DNA from: Macrostomum lignano
Taxonomy: Eukaryota
NCBI GenBank assembly: GCA_002269645.1
Contig: NIVC01000001.1
Span: 62,001-126,000, forward strand
Length of the DNA: 64,000 nucleotides
Reading direction: 5' to 3'
In this document: piece by piece, positions 1 through 23,646 of the stretch
Position numbering within the stretch: the first letter of the stretch is position 1
Layout of the letters: every line of letters begins with the position of its first letter
Notes under the pieces: generated by a model
The model's database searches: none
Told to the model about the DNA's origin: nothing
Seen by the model: only the letters and a program-made list of their open reading frames with translations
Program-made: the position numbers and the translations under genes

Positions 1-916
1 ATTGTGAATGGAAGGACGCGGAATAAACCGTGGCCTTGAGAGTACTCTCTGGTTGGTTGGTTGGTTGGTGGAAAAATAAGGACATGTCATATGCATGAAC
101 CTTCAGTTCAGTCAGCGTTGGGAAAAGGACGTGAGCGGTTCGGAGGCGAAAGGTAAAGAAGAAAAAAACAACTCCCAAGATTAGAATGACAAAAAGAATG
201 AAGTAAGCGCTTCACCAAGTTAGTAAAATCAGCTGTTTTGCGACCGCCCCTCCATTTTCTCTCTCTCTACCAGTCCTTTTCAATAATAGCAGGTTCGCCT
301 TGCGAGATCGCCCATGGCGCCCTTGTGCTGTGGAAGAGGAAGGGGGGTTGACGAACCGGTCAGCTGACTCTGAAAACAGCCAACCCCGCACACTGTACTA
401 AAAGAGAGGAGGGGGCTGGGTTAATTGCGAGAGCGTAAAGCCCACCCCACTCCCCACGCGGCGGAGAACTTGGATAGATAAGGGGGACGGCTGTTAGAGA
501 GAGGGTGGCCGTTGATTGGGCACAGGGAGAGACAGCCACCCCCGCCCCTAGAGCGATTTTGAGGGGTTCGGGGGGTCTGGATCTATCTATAAAGAGCGCG
601 AGGGCTCTCGCATATTTTATTGAATGTAGGACTGCTAGCAAGTTTATTACCCAAACGGTCCATTCCGCTATTAGTTTAAGTCCCTAGATTAACCTTTTTA
701 AGAGCTTATCATAATTTATTTTAATTTTACGATATAGCTGGTCATTATTACGCTTTTTACGCTTCTCTTTGTATTTAGTTTGTAAAGAGTTGATTGTCGC
801 CTTCGCACTATTATTTTGTTTACTTGTAGCTCAAGAGCCTCAATCCTTTATTTAATATAGTGCTAGCTTGAATTAAATAAACGATTATATTTAATTAGAG
901 ACTCGGAATCTGAATT

Positions 917-3900
917 ATGGTACACAACATGTCCGACAGTCGTAGAAAACGCAGAAAGAGCAGCAAGAAATTCTCTTACAGGGGCAGTTACTCTGCTTCA
1001 AGCGAGGAACTGGCCAATATTAATAATAGCAACATTAGCAACAAGGTGCAGATTCGAGAGCAGGTGAGTTTGTCAACTGATTAAAATCTAGTAGTGATTA
1101 ATTCAATGATGAATGTCCAAAGTATTAAAAGACCAAATTTTAACTATTTAACTCTGCAGACCGAAGTCCATTCCGTGACGCAGCTTCAGCAGGTTTCCCC
1201 GCCACCGCCGCCGCCTCGGTCTCTGCTGCCCGACGGCCTCGAAGAGGGCATCTATCGACTGCTGGATGCCGAGATGGTGTACCATCCGAGAACAGATTGC
1301 CTGCTGAATAATACGGTGAGATCAGTGGGGTCCAGTGCATTCGGTGGCTTAGCCCCTGGGGGGGGGGTCAAGGGGGTCAGCAGACCCTCCTCGAAAAACA
1401 TAGGGGTCATGACTCATGACGCATTAGAGATGGAAAAATCCAGAATGGCATTTTTATCTACATGCATACATGCGCAACCCCCCTGATTTTACACTGGCCA
1501 TGCGACTTACCTCTGAAAGAAACTCTGGGTAAACGGCAGGAGTAACTATAACTGCCTTATTAAGGCTAAAATGCCTCGTCATCTAACTAGTGCCTTGTCT
1601 TTTTCCTGGTGGGCATTTTTGCGACTTACCTTGCCAGTTACCTTACCTGAGCCCCTTGCCAGCCGGCCGGATTGGCCGGGTCGGCTGGGTGTTGCGCATG
1701 TATGTCTACATGTATTCAAAATTTTCAAATGAACGATATTGTGTATCATTTTGTTTTCTTTCGTTACTTAATCAGTTTATAGCATGAATATAAACAAATG
1801 TATCGCTTCAAATAACTCTTAGACAAACCGCACGACGTCATGAATCTTTATAAAAAAACGATTAACATTCGATATAATAATGTTTCTGTTTTGAGGGGAA
1901 ATACTTTCAAAATTTGCTATGCAGCTACTGTCAGTAGGCTACGTGCGAATTTTGCCATTATTTTTTTAAAAAATGCTTATAAGACAATTCAATATTTTCA
2001 CCTCAAGGTCTGCGGCGACGACAAGGTGAACCCCGGCCTACGCGACGAGGCCATGTTCAGCCTTCGTTTCCTGCACAAACTTCACAATCTGGCTCCTGAG
2101 TGCTTCGCCCACGCTGTCAACATTACCGATAGATTTTTGGCCAGGGTCAAGGTCAAGGCCAAGTACATGTCTTGCCTGGCAACCGCGGCCTACCTGATCG
2201 CGGCCAGGATGATCGAGGAGCCCGAGGTGAGCTTTCGAAATCTGACGGTGGCCTTGTCAGGATTGGCGAATTGCAATTTTTTATTAGAGATTTCTAGCCA
2301 GTGCTGTCCATGCACCTACATGTACAACTTGCACCTAAATTAGGCAACCACTGGCATGCATGTACACTTGTACCTACACTAAGCATCCCTGACATACTTT
2401 CATAATTAGACACCATGAAATACCTACATCAGACACTCTGACATACCGACATCAGACACCCTGACATACCGACATCAGACACCCTGACATACCTACATCA
2501 GACACCCTGACATACCTACATCAGACACCCTGACATACCTACATCAGACACCCTGACATACCGACATCAGACACCCTGACATACCTACATCAGACACCCT
2601 GACATACCGACATCAGACACCCTGACATACCTACATCAGACACCCTGACATACCTACACCAGACACTGACATACCTACACCAGACACCCTGGCATACCTA
2701 CATCAGACACTGACATACCTACACCAGACACCCTGGCATACCTACATCAGACACTGACATACCTACACCAGACACTCTGACATACCTACATCAGACACCC
2801 TGACATTACCTACATCAGACACCCTGACATACCTACATCAAACACCCTGACATACCTACATCAGACACCCTGACATACCTACACCAGACACTGACATACC
2901 TACACCAGACACCCTGGCATACCTACATCAGACACTGACATACCTACACCAGACACCCTGGCATACCTACATCAGACACTGACATACCTACACCAGACAC
3001 TCTGACATACCTACATCAGACACCCTGACATTACCTACATCAGACACCCTGACATACCTACATCAGACACCCTGACATACCTACACCAGACACTGACATA
3101 CCTACATCAGACACCCTGACATACCTACACCAGACACTCTGACATACCTACACCAGACACCCTGACATACCTACACCAGACACTGACATACCTACATCAG
3201 ACACCCTGACATACCTACACCAGACACCCTGACATACCTACACCAGACACTGACATACCTACATCAGACACCCTGACATACCTACACCAGACACTCTGAC
3301 ATACCTACATCAGACACTGACATACCGACATTAGACACTTCTAACACTTGCCTACCTTCACTAGGCAGCCCTGATATCTATGTAAGGCATCTCTGACAGC
3401 TATATTACGCAATCCTGACACCTGAATCGAACACCCCTCCTATCCACTGTACATGCAAGTTATAGGCGCTCCTTTGGCATTTCTTAGTGCCGGAAGAAGC
3501 CAATTGTTACCCAAACAGCTGTCAGTCCAAAAAACCCATCAATCCCCATCCCCAGAACCAGCCCTCGCCAGAGAAACTGGTCCGCATCGCCCGGTGCGGC
3601 GGCTCGCCCACCGACCTGGAGCGCATGGCGGCCATCATTCGGGTGAAGCTGCGCCCGACTGCCGCCTGCGACCCAGCCGGCATCGAGAAGCCGCAGCAGC
3701 TGCAGCAGGAGGCCGGCCGGCTGGAGAACGCCGTCACTCCGCTGCACTTCCTGTCTCTGCTGGCGCCCCTGTTCAACAGTAGGGAGCAGTTTCTGCGGGC
3801 AGTCGGCGACCTGGAGACTGCCCTGTGCTCGGTGACCGTCTACAGCTGCAGGCCCGCGCTGCTGGCGCTGTGCGTAGCTCGGCGGCACCTCCTTGCTGCA

Positions 3901-4939
3901 GATGCGGTCGGCGCCGCTCACAGCAGCTCCATGCTGGCTGTGCTTGATGCAGCTGCCCAGCTGATGCAGGTGAGGCCCTGTTCCTGTGTGCTCTGCGGCT
4001 ATTCTCTCCTCTGTGTGTGCTCTGCGGCTATTCTCTTCCTCTGTGTGTGCTCTGCGGCTATTCTCTCCTCTGTGTGTGCTCTGCGGCTATTCTCTTCCTC
4101 TGTGTGTGCTCTGCGGCTATTCTCTTCCTCTGTGTGTGCTCTGCGGCTATTCTCTCCTCTGTGTGTGCTCTGCGGCTATTCTCTTCCTCTGTGTGTGCTC
4201 TGCGGCTATTCTCTTCCTCTGTGTGTGCTCTGCGGCTATTCTCTTCCTCTGTGTGTGCTCTGCGGCTATTCTCTCCTCTGTGTGTGCTCTGCGGCTATTC
4301 TCTTCCTCTGTGTGTGCTCTGCGGCTATTCTCTCCTCTGTGTGTGCTCTGCGGCTATTCTCTCCTCTGTGTGTGCTCTGCGGCTATTCTCTCCTCTGTGT
4401 GTGCTCTGCGGCTATTCTCTCCTCTGTGTGTGCTCTGCGGCTATTCTCTCCTCTGTGTGTGTGTGCTCTGCTGCTGTTTCTCTCCTCTTCCTCTCCTCTC
4501 CCTGTTCCTCTCCCCGTCTCTAACGTCTCTAACTGCTTTAACCAAGCCATTCGCATGCAGGAAACTCATTGCCATCCCACTGCCTCCCCCGGTGCAGCTG
4601 AGCCAGGCAGACCTGGCCTCTTGCGACGCCTTGATCGCCAGGGAGACGCAGCGGGTTTGCAGTCGCCGGGGCAGGCGGTCTTCGCCGCAGCGGCAGCTGC
4701 TGACCGCCTGCACCTGGTCCGCTGCGCACAGCCTGCGCGCCAAGATACAGAAGCTGCAGAAGCAGCGGCAGCCGCAAAAACAGCAACAGCAACAGCAGCA
4801 TCAGGTGACTTGCCTCCCAGACTCACTCGGCTGCCCAGCCTTGGGCACCATCTGCGAGGAGCGGCCGGGCCGGGCTGACGAAGACGACAGCGACCAGGTC
4901 CAAGGCCTGCTGGACAACTACCAGCTGTTCACTGCCTGA
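917..4939 (+). CDS. CCNG: Cyclin G-like protein (5 coding exons)
   Basis: Exons 917-1063, 1160-1315, 2008-2226, 3556-3969, 4598-4939; all GT-AG and phase 0. The cyclin box NPGLRDEA...AVNITDRFLARVKVKAKYMSCLATAAYLIAARMIEE and LVRIARCGGSPTDLERMAAII match the cyclin G/I pattern, closest to cyclin G from memory. Exon 1 and the start codon are less certain. Confidence 0.85.
1527..1592 (+). other. Degenerate 28S rRNA fragment (helix 69-71 / R2 target region), copy 1, in cyclin intron 2
   Basis: GGGTAAACGGCAGGAGTAACTATAACT matches 25/27 and AAATGCCTCGTCATCTAACTAGTG matches 23/24 to the conserved eukaryotic 28S sequence; the central CTCTTAAGGTAGCC is altered. Flanked by 12-bp direct repeats TGCGACTTACCT at 1501-1512 and 1620-1631. 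Confidence 0.75.
2425..3335. repeat. Minisatellite, 21-23 bp unit (CATACCTACATCAGACACCCTGA), cyclin intron 3
   Basis: Tandem copies read directly. Confidence 0.95.
3985..4460. repeat. Minisatellite, 29-30 bp unit (TGTGTGTGCTCTGCGGCTATTCTCTCCTC), cyclin intron 4
   Basis: Tandem copies starting about 15 nt after the donor at 3970. Confidence 0.95.
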
Positions 4940-6069
4940 TGAATGCAGCCTTGAACTAATCGCATGCCCTAATTGTTATCTAGTTTATCCCAGAATCTCT
5001 TCCTAGCAACATCGGCTTTCTGATTAATTTCATTTTTTTCTCTGGCACTCTTTTTAAGCGGGTCTGTCTGTCTGAGAAAGAGAGTCATAATTTGAGCTAA
5101 CACATTTAACACGCTTTCAGCATAGCAACAAGCTTCCTTAGCAACCAGTATGTTGTTGTTGTTTTTGTTATTTATAATTTTGTAGCAAAGAGTCCCCTAT
5201 TTGCCCATTGTGCCCTGTGTACATAGCACCCATTCACTTGCTGTCGAACCCGGTTTCGACTGATTTGTTTGTCTGCTTGAATTTCTGCATACGCAACGAC
5301 ATCCGTTGTCCTGCTTTTTTGAGTCTTTGCTATCGTTTTTACCGATGTGTATTACTATTATCATTATTATTACTATTTAGTGAGTGTAAATGCCCTTCCC
5401 TTGCTTAATTCGCTTTTCATAGTTGTTGCTGTTCTTTGTATTTATTCAAAATTACATTTATTTTTAATATTCAAGGTCAGACCAATCTGCTTGCTGATTA
5501 ATAAAGTTTAATGTGCATTTAATAACGAAAAATGTTCACCTGCAACAGTTCGCTGTGAGCAGATCAATCTAATCTGTATTTTGTTTAACTCAGTGCTAAG
5601 TTGTTTTCTTAACTATCAACATATTTCTCGGAGATCAACCTGTCACAACACTGACTCGATCGGCCATCAATCACACGTTTACCTTTGCCTGCGTTAATTT
5701 TTGCTTTCCTGTGCAGCTTTTCTTTGTGTTGTGCAATCTGATTTTGTTACAAAAGCCACCCAAACACGCTCGATCTTTCCTGTGTACATGCCAGTGCCGC
5801 TGAGTGTTGTGTGTCCGCCTGCCTGTCTGCCAGACTTTTGCTTCTGTCTGTCGCTGTATTTTTGCACTCAGTTTCTCACTGCTCCTTCACTTGCTGAATC
5901 AAGTCATCGCTGCCAAGCCCAGTGAAAGTTTTTCTGCAGCTCATTTTCTATGTGACTAAATAAATATTTCCGTTAATAGTGATACACTCTGCTTTTAGAA
6001 TTACAAAGAAAATCAGCTTCTTTGTTGTTCTGTGCTTTTCTTCAGTGAATGACGTAAAGAGCAGTGTGT

Positions 6070-6590
6070 ACACAAACCAATGGACAGACATTTCAGACAC
6101 AAATCAATGGACAGACATTTCAGACACAAATCAATGGACAGACATGCAGACACAAATCAATGGACAGGCATTTCAGACACAAACCAATGGACAGGCATTT
6201 CAGACACAAACCAATGGACAGGTATTTCAGACACAAACCAATGGACAGACATTTCAGACACAAACCAATGGACAGGTATTTCAGACACAAACCAATGGAC
6301 AGGCATTTCAGACACAAACCAATGGACAGGTATTTCAGACACAAACCAATGGACAGGCATTTCAGACACAAACCAATGGACAGACATTTCAGACACAAAC
6401 CAATGGACAGACATTTCAGACACAAACCAATGGACAGGTATTTCAGACACAAACCAATGGACAGGCATTTCAGACACAAATCAATGGACAGACATTTCAG
6501 ACACAAATCAATGGACAGACATTTCAGACACAAACCAATAGACAGATATTTCAGACACAAACCAATGGACAGGCATGCAGACACAAGCCA
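6070..6590. repeat. Minisatellite, 27 bp unit (CAGACACAAACCAATGGACAGGCATTT)
   Basis: Tandem copies read directly. Confidence 0.95.
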
Positions 6591-6639
6591 ATGTGAACGT
6601 GTAGAACAGATGGACACAAATAAGCCAAAAGAAGTTCAG

Positions 6640-7372
6640 GCACAGAACAGAAAAGCATGGATAGACACCAACCATGCCATCAAGAATGCAGGCACAGAAC
6701 AGACAAGCATGGATAGACGCCAACCATGCCATCAAGAATGCAGGCACAGAACAGACAAGCATGGATAGACACCAACCATGCCATCAAGAATGCAGGCACA
6801 GAACAGACAAGCATGGATAGACACCAACCATGCCATCAAGAATGCAGGCACAGAACAGACAAGCATGGATAGACACCAACCATGCCATCAAGAATGCAGG
6901 CACAGAACAGACAAGCATGGATAGACACCAACCATGCCATCAAGAATGCAGGCACAGAACAGACAAGCATGGATAGACACCAACCATGCCATCAAGAATG
7001 CAGGCACAGAACAGACAAGCATGGATAGACACCAACCATGCCATCAAGAATGCAGGCACAGAACAGACAAGCATGGATAGACACCAACCATGCCATCAAG
7101 AATGCAGGCACAGAACAGACAAGCATGGATAGACACCAACCATGCCATCAAGAATGCAGGCACAGAACAGACAAGCATGGATAGACACCAACCATGCCAT
7201 CAAGAATGCAGGCACAGAACAGACAAGCATGGATAGACACCAACCATGCCATCAAGAATGCAGGCACAGAACAGACAAGCATGGATAGACACCAACCATG
7301 CCATCAAGAATGCAGGCACAGAACAGACAAGCATGGATAGACACCAACCATGCCATCAAGAATGCAGGCACA
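6640..7372. repeat. Minisatellite, 52 bp unit, near-identical copies
   Basis: GGCACAGAAC recurs at 6691, 6743 and onward with 52-bp period. Confidence 0.95.
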
Positions 7373-7989
7373 GCTCAGAACCAAAGACACAAACTGATAA
7401 ATAGGGTATGGTATGGTAGTCAGTCGCAGACTTCATTTAGGCAAGCATTCATAATTTTTGTTAAGAATCGAGGCCAATATATTTACTGCAGTCACGGTGT
7501 CTTCCTCTGGAAGCAGAAGTTTATTCATGCACTTTTACTGGACAAGGCTGGCTCAGAGTCGGCCTGCCAGTTTAAACAGCAGCTGGCCTCAGCCAAACAG
7601 GATCTTTTGTGTTGACTGGGCTAGAGTGGAGCTGCACTAATACCCCATATAATAGTGCACGCGCACCAATGCAATTGCCCATGCAGACTGCACTACATTG
7701 CACTAAAGCCTTTTTTGCAGTTACAGCGGTTATGAAATCCCCCCAGCGAATCTAATATTGAAGTCTACTGTCTATCTTCACGATTTTCTATCAGTAAATA
7801 AAGGATTGTTGTAAAGGGCCACTTTCACTCTAAATATTTTTATATGTACTTTCTTTTCTTTGTTGCATATGCATATTTTACACGCAACATTCTATATCAC
7901 CTCTCAATGCATATAATGATCTAGTCTCCTTTATCCCTTTTATTACGAGCTAGTCTTTCTCCTCACTGATCTCCGCCTACCCATTTGTC

Positions 7990-8475
7990 CTTGATCCTTC
8001 TTCCCACTTCTCCACCTCTTCCTGTTCCCTTCTGTCCTTCAATCTTCTTTCTTCTCTCCCCTTTTCCCTTCCTTTTTCCATACCCCTCTTCCCCTTCCAT
8101 ACCCCTCTTCCCCCTTACATACCCTTCTTCCCCTCACATACAGTACCCTTTTTCCCCTCACATACAGTACCCTTCTTCCCCTCACATACAGTACCCTTCT
8201 TCCCCTTACATACCCTTCTTCCCCTTCCATACCCCTCTTCCCCTTACATACCCCTCTTCCCTACCCGTTCCCTTCCATATCCCTCTTCCCTACCCGTTCC
8301 CTTCCATATCCCTCTACCCTACCCCTCTTCTCCTTTCCATACCCCTCTTTCCCCTTCCATACCCTTCTTCCCTCTCCCATATCCCTCTTCCCTTTCCATA
8401 CCCTCTTTCCCTTCCATACCTCTCTTCCCTTTCCCTTTTCCCATACTCCCCTTCCCTCTCCGATACCCCTATATA
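7990..8475. repeat. Pyrimidine-rich low-complexity tract (CCCCTTCCATACCCCTCTT-like)
   Basis: Degenerate CT-rich repeats. Confidence 0.85.
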
Positions 8476-10124
8476 CAGTTTCAGAACTCCTAAAACTCCT
8501 GTCTCAAACACATTCGTATCAATTGAATTAACTAGCTTACATCGCGGATGCACAGTGGAGTTATGGTTAGGAAGGGAATGGCAATAAGCCACCGTGAGGT
8601 GCATGATACTCGTAGTCTGTAAACAGGCCGCCAAAAACCACGTGTCCAGTGCTGCGTGTCCCAGACCACTTCATCTCTGCAGTTCAAAATCTGAAACGAT
8701 TGGTTTAACCCCTCCCCCCAGTCCGCGTTCAAACTGCAGAAGTTCACATCGCGTCGCCCCACCCAAATCCCCATGTTTTCTGTCTAAGAGTATCTCGATT
8801 AATGGCGGACAGACAGGGGCATTAGTGCGCCTGCACTTTGCAATAGTGCACAGAGGCACACTAAGCGCATTAATCAGCATTCGATGGCTGATGGCAGCCT
8901 GATAGACTGTCTGCCTGCCTCCAAATAGAAGCTCCTTAAACTGGATTGAACACAAGATTGGCGATGCACTTTTGCGGCTGTCCAGGCATTTCTGTATGAG
9001 TTGGAATTGAATTTGCATACGAAGTCGAAGTCGGAACCAATGCCTCTAAAGAAGTTCATTAGATGTGGAATATTTTAGAAAACAAGGACAGGCAGACGGA
9101 GGACTTAAATTAATTGGAATGAATGAGTGATCTTGAATTTTAAATTTATTTTTTATTTATGAAGCCAGATGTGACTGACTGTCTCACACAGCAGCTCCAT
9201 TAGAACACTGTGCGCATAAGGCAACTTCATCAAGAGACGCTGGATGCTAAGCAAACCACTACAAGCGTAATTAACGGTGGTAATGATAACAACAAAGTCA
9301 ATTCGAATAATCACTAAAATAATGTTTTGAGCGCGACAATTGCTAACAGACTAAAATATTGCACATTCACGTGTCCGCATGGATTGAGCAATTTGCAGAT
9401 AAACTAAAAAAAAACTAAAAAAATTCTAATTAGACTACTCGAATCTGCGCAAAATGAGTAACAGATAACGGGAATCATGGACAAAAAGGGCGAAATACTT
9501 TTGCAACGATTTAAGAGCTTAGAAAATTCTAAAAAATACTAAAGATGTTACTGAAAGTAGAGAATAAAGAAACAGATGTTTTCCAAATATACTAAAACTC
9601 TAAGGTTTGTATGCTTGTTTAATTACTAAATTTGACCTCATAGCAAAAATTTAGCAGAAAACAAAAATAGGTTTACAGAGAAGAAAAAGTTAAATGCTAA
9701 AAATTGGGCACAAAACTCCTATATATTCTATTAAATTTAGCACAAATACATTGCTCGGCAGAGAGGGCGAGTGACCTGTGTGTATTGCTACACATGTATT
9801 ACCAGGGACTAATCAAGAAATACGGGACCAAAGGTTATACCAAAAAATACATTACGGAGATGGGAGATTTTCAGTCTTTGGAGGCAGACCCAATGTTCAC
9901 CTTTTGATATGTTTTGAAATTTATAAGCAAATAATGACCTAAACAGTATTCTTCGATACATATCGGCAAAATGAAAATGGTAATATAAAAAAATTGCCTA
10001 CAGTAAAAAGCAGGAAAATTCCTAAAAAAACGGCACAGGCGCGGTGGGGAATACGAGCAAATTGACAACACCTGATTTTCTCTTGATAAAAACCCCAACT
10101 TTCAGTCATGGCTGCTTCGGCTAC

Positions 10125-20118
<9,994 letters not shown>

Positions 20119-20266
20119 CCTGAATTTGATGTACTCAGCAAACTGAAATAATAAAAAATAGCATTCTTATAAAACTTTAATTTCTAAAAGACATATGCCT
20201 ATATATGAGAAATATATTATTTATGAATGAGAAATATATTGTATGCTTATGAATCTATGTTAAATC

Positions 20267-20389
20267 CAGTAGCACAACCAGAAATTTGTTGAAGGGAGGG
20301 TGGATTCTAGAGGGTAAAGACCCAAGGGAATGGGGCTAGGAGGTGGCTTTGTTTTTGGCAAAAACTTAGCCCCTTTGGTTGCACCACTG
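20267..20389. mobile_element. hAT-type MITE (123 bp)
   Basis: Imperfect TIRs CAGTAGCACAACC / GGTTGCACCACTG; perfect 8-bp TSD GTTAAATC at 20259-20266 and 20390-20397. Confidence 0.75.
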
Positions 20390-23300
20390 GTTAAATCCCA
20401 AAAGCAAAAGTTTCAATATTGGTTTTAGACAAAACAAAAAATAAGAAAACAAATCCAAATGCTATATAATGCTATATAATGCTACTATAATGCTATATAT
20501 ATATATAATTAAAGAAATCTATTTAAATGAGTAATATATTAAATCCTTGTATTTTAAAATAGAATATATAGATTATGGAATTCTAATATTCAAAAAATTA
20601 TCAATTAAGAAATTAAAGCTATAATAACTAACAAATACAAAGAGAGATCCTATTATATAGACTAGGCCCCCAATTGCTGCTAATATATCTTGATAGATTA
20701 AGCTTATAAAAATATTAAATACTCAACCTATTTGTTTAATATTTTCTGTTCTAATATATTCTACTATCATTTTATTTTAAAAATTAGTTACTTAAGGTTA
20801 AAGTTATTTATTAACTAATTTTTGTTTATTTAAAGGCAACAACCTAAGTCAAGTGGTCCATAGATAGTATGGTACTCTTATGTAATAGTAGCCTAGGTTA
20901 AATTCCAAATCCAAGTGTAGGCATATTAATTTTAAAAAAAGTAATGCCTTTTGCAATATGTGAAAATTTCACTTAAAGTATACCAGGCCCACCAGGGTGC
21001 ATATAGCCACCCTGTCTCTGAGGATTGTGTCTGTAAAGTAAGTAGGTTTACTATCAAAAAGCATCAAATTTAAACAATATTTATAACATATTAAACGTAC
21101 TGTGTTGTGTATTTACAATTGTATCAATCAATAATAGAAATAAAATTTGTCTATTGACACTAGTGTAGTATTCGTAATCGTATTCGTAGAAAACTAATAA
21201 ACAAGACTCAATGACGATTGGGTTGGATCTTGAAATCGATCTATCTGATCTAATGTTTGACAGCTGAAGTGCATATTCTATTTCTAAATTTTATTGGGCC
21301 AACACTGCTCTGGACTGGACAGAGTGCCAGCTGGCCTGCCTGGCCACCGGTGATTTGGAGTCTCAAAAAATTATTCAAATTTCCGCTTAAGTTTTCATAG
21401 AACGTACAAATTTTAATTATCGCAAAGCGTTATTAAAAATCCGTAACATATAGTAAGCCTTTCAAGCTACCAAGACGTACATCAAAGCGATAGTAGGATA
21501 GAAAGGTACTTAGGTACGTTGACAATAGGATTAAAACTAATGAATGGTTGCAATTTATTTCAGAATTAAATGTTTTTTTGCCCAAATTGACTAAAAACAA
21601 AAATGTATGTGTTTTGTTTATCGTTTGACTACTGTTGGTTGCCGAGAAGACAGATAGCTACCAAAGACTACTCGATTTGTTCGTTAAGTTTTTCTGGCAA
21701 GATTTTTCCGCTAATGATTTGCTATGCTAGGTAGTTTTGTCTAGTTTTTTGGAAAATATACCCATCTTCTCTAAAGAAGGATTGTCGTCAGATAGCACTC
21801 TGCACTGCCCAAGCAGCTCGATGCAGCCAGCAGCTTCCTGTAGCAGTACAACGTCATGGAAACCTCTGTAGCTTGCGCCGACGTAACTGCTGGGCATTAA
21901 ATTACACCCGAGGGTTAACTCGTTAAATGATAAAATTTGTTATTAAATACGAACACTGCATGGACCCCCTAGATATACTCTCGCAGGGCAGGCAGAATTA
22001 AGATCCTTTGCGGGATATAATCTCCTGTTGTGAGCAGTTCGTCGGTGAGAATCAGCAATTCCGGCTGTGGGCAGTATTGCTCGGTGTGGACAATGTGGTC
22101 TGTCAGCTAGAGTCGTTGAAGCGGCGATAACAGACGCGACCTTGATGTTTGACTAATAGCTATAGTGTGAGCCGCATCAATCAAAACCTGCTGTTTAGCC
22201 ATTTGGAAGCCAAAGACCTGCACCGCAGGCCATTACCGAAACGGCCCAAAAGTCCAGAGATTAAAAAATGCCTATGGCATCAAAAAACCACATGTATGGC
22301 TTACACTGTGCAGGTCAAGACTGATTTAAATATTGTCCATTATGCATTTCCATTATGTTTTCACTCAAATTTCAGAGGTGAAAAAAGCGTGTACAGTGAA
22401 AATATGAGGTGATGCACAAATGTGTGGTCGTATTAAATATTTAATCACTTCACGCATACGAGTATTATAACTAGTTTAAACAAATACGAAATTTGACTGC
22501 ATGGTTCCAAAGAAAACAAGGACATGAAAAGAAAATTGTGTAACAGGTTTCAAGTTAGGAGACGCCAATGCAGGACCGCTCGTGTGGGAGCTCAATGTGT
22601 CTCGTACCCCTGAAGCATGGATCTGGACAGAGACCAGGATGTCCGGGACATTGGCTGCAGAAAAATACTGTCTTCTTAGCTGGAACGTCAGGTTTCAAAG
22701 AGCACATTCCGCATCGTTTGCTTGGGCGAGCCTGGGCTCCGTTGCTGGGAGTCTCATTGGTGAATGAATTGGTGAATGAAGCTGTACGTACACTGTAATT
22801 TCATGCGCTCAGTTAAATGTGCAAGGCTATAAAATCCGAAAAAACCATGCACAGTCACACGCGTCAGAGGGGGCATAGGAAAGCTGAAGCCTCCAAAAAA
22901 TTTATAGGCTTTTGAAAGGTGCCCTCGATAACTTGCAAGCACGGTCCCAGAATGGGGAAGTGCGGCAGCTGCATGCTCACTCCGGCATTGAAATGAGAGC
23001 AGTCTGCCCCATCTCAATAGTTCTCAAATTCAAAGGGGACTCATCCTGGGAGGAGGTCAAAGTATAGTCAGGACCCTGTAAAAGAAAAAAATCATGTTAA
23101 GTACATTCATGTATTTTCTACATGAAAAAAGAAGACACGAAAGTTTTATATACGCTGAAGTACCAATCTCAAATAGTCAAAGGTCTACACAAAGAGAAAA
23201 TAGCTGGTATAGTAACTTTATTTTTGTTAAAAGTTAAGCACTCATATTAGTAGAGGAAAAGTTTTAATCAGTTTTTTATTGGAAAGGTACTTTACAGCAT

Positions 23301-23646
23301 ATTACTTGGCCTGTAAATTTGAACTGTCACTGTCACAAACTGTCACAAACAAGCAAACAATAACACGGGAAATTACAAATAATAAAAAATCACAATAATA
23401 AAGTGTTCTTAAACTTTTTAAAACTTGGTATAAACTTATTTTAACACTTCAAATATAGAAACTGAGACGAATTCCTTGAATAAAGCCTTGAGATCGATAA
23501 AAATTTATTGAGCGAAAAGATCAGTAAAATATAACAGCTGCTCTCTGCATACACTGTAGCAGACTGCCGGAAATATCTAAACAAAAAGTACGCGTTGGTC
23601 TCCTCCAGAAAACAAGTCAATCAGAAAACTCAATAAAGCTGTGCGC

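Noticed and set aside
1322-1486. Possible CAGGGG-ended MITE in cyclin intron 2
   Set aside because: Terminal repeats are weak and no TSD was found
3487-4878. 463-aa ORF read as a single-exon gene
   Set aside because: It fuses cyclin exon 4 with an intronic repeat; the spliced model explains the coding parts
21720-23080. Short open frames suggestive of a decayed transposon (CxC-like peptide near 22960)
   Set aside because: No recognisable motif set or termini; cannot support a call
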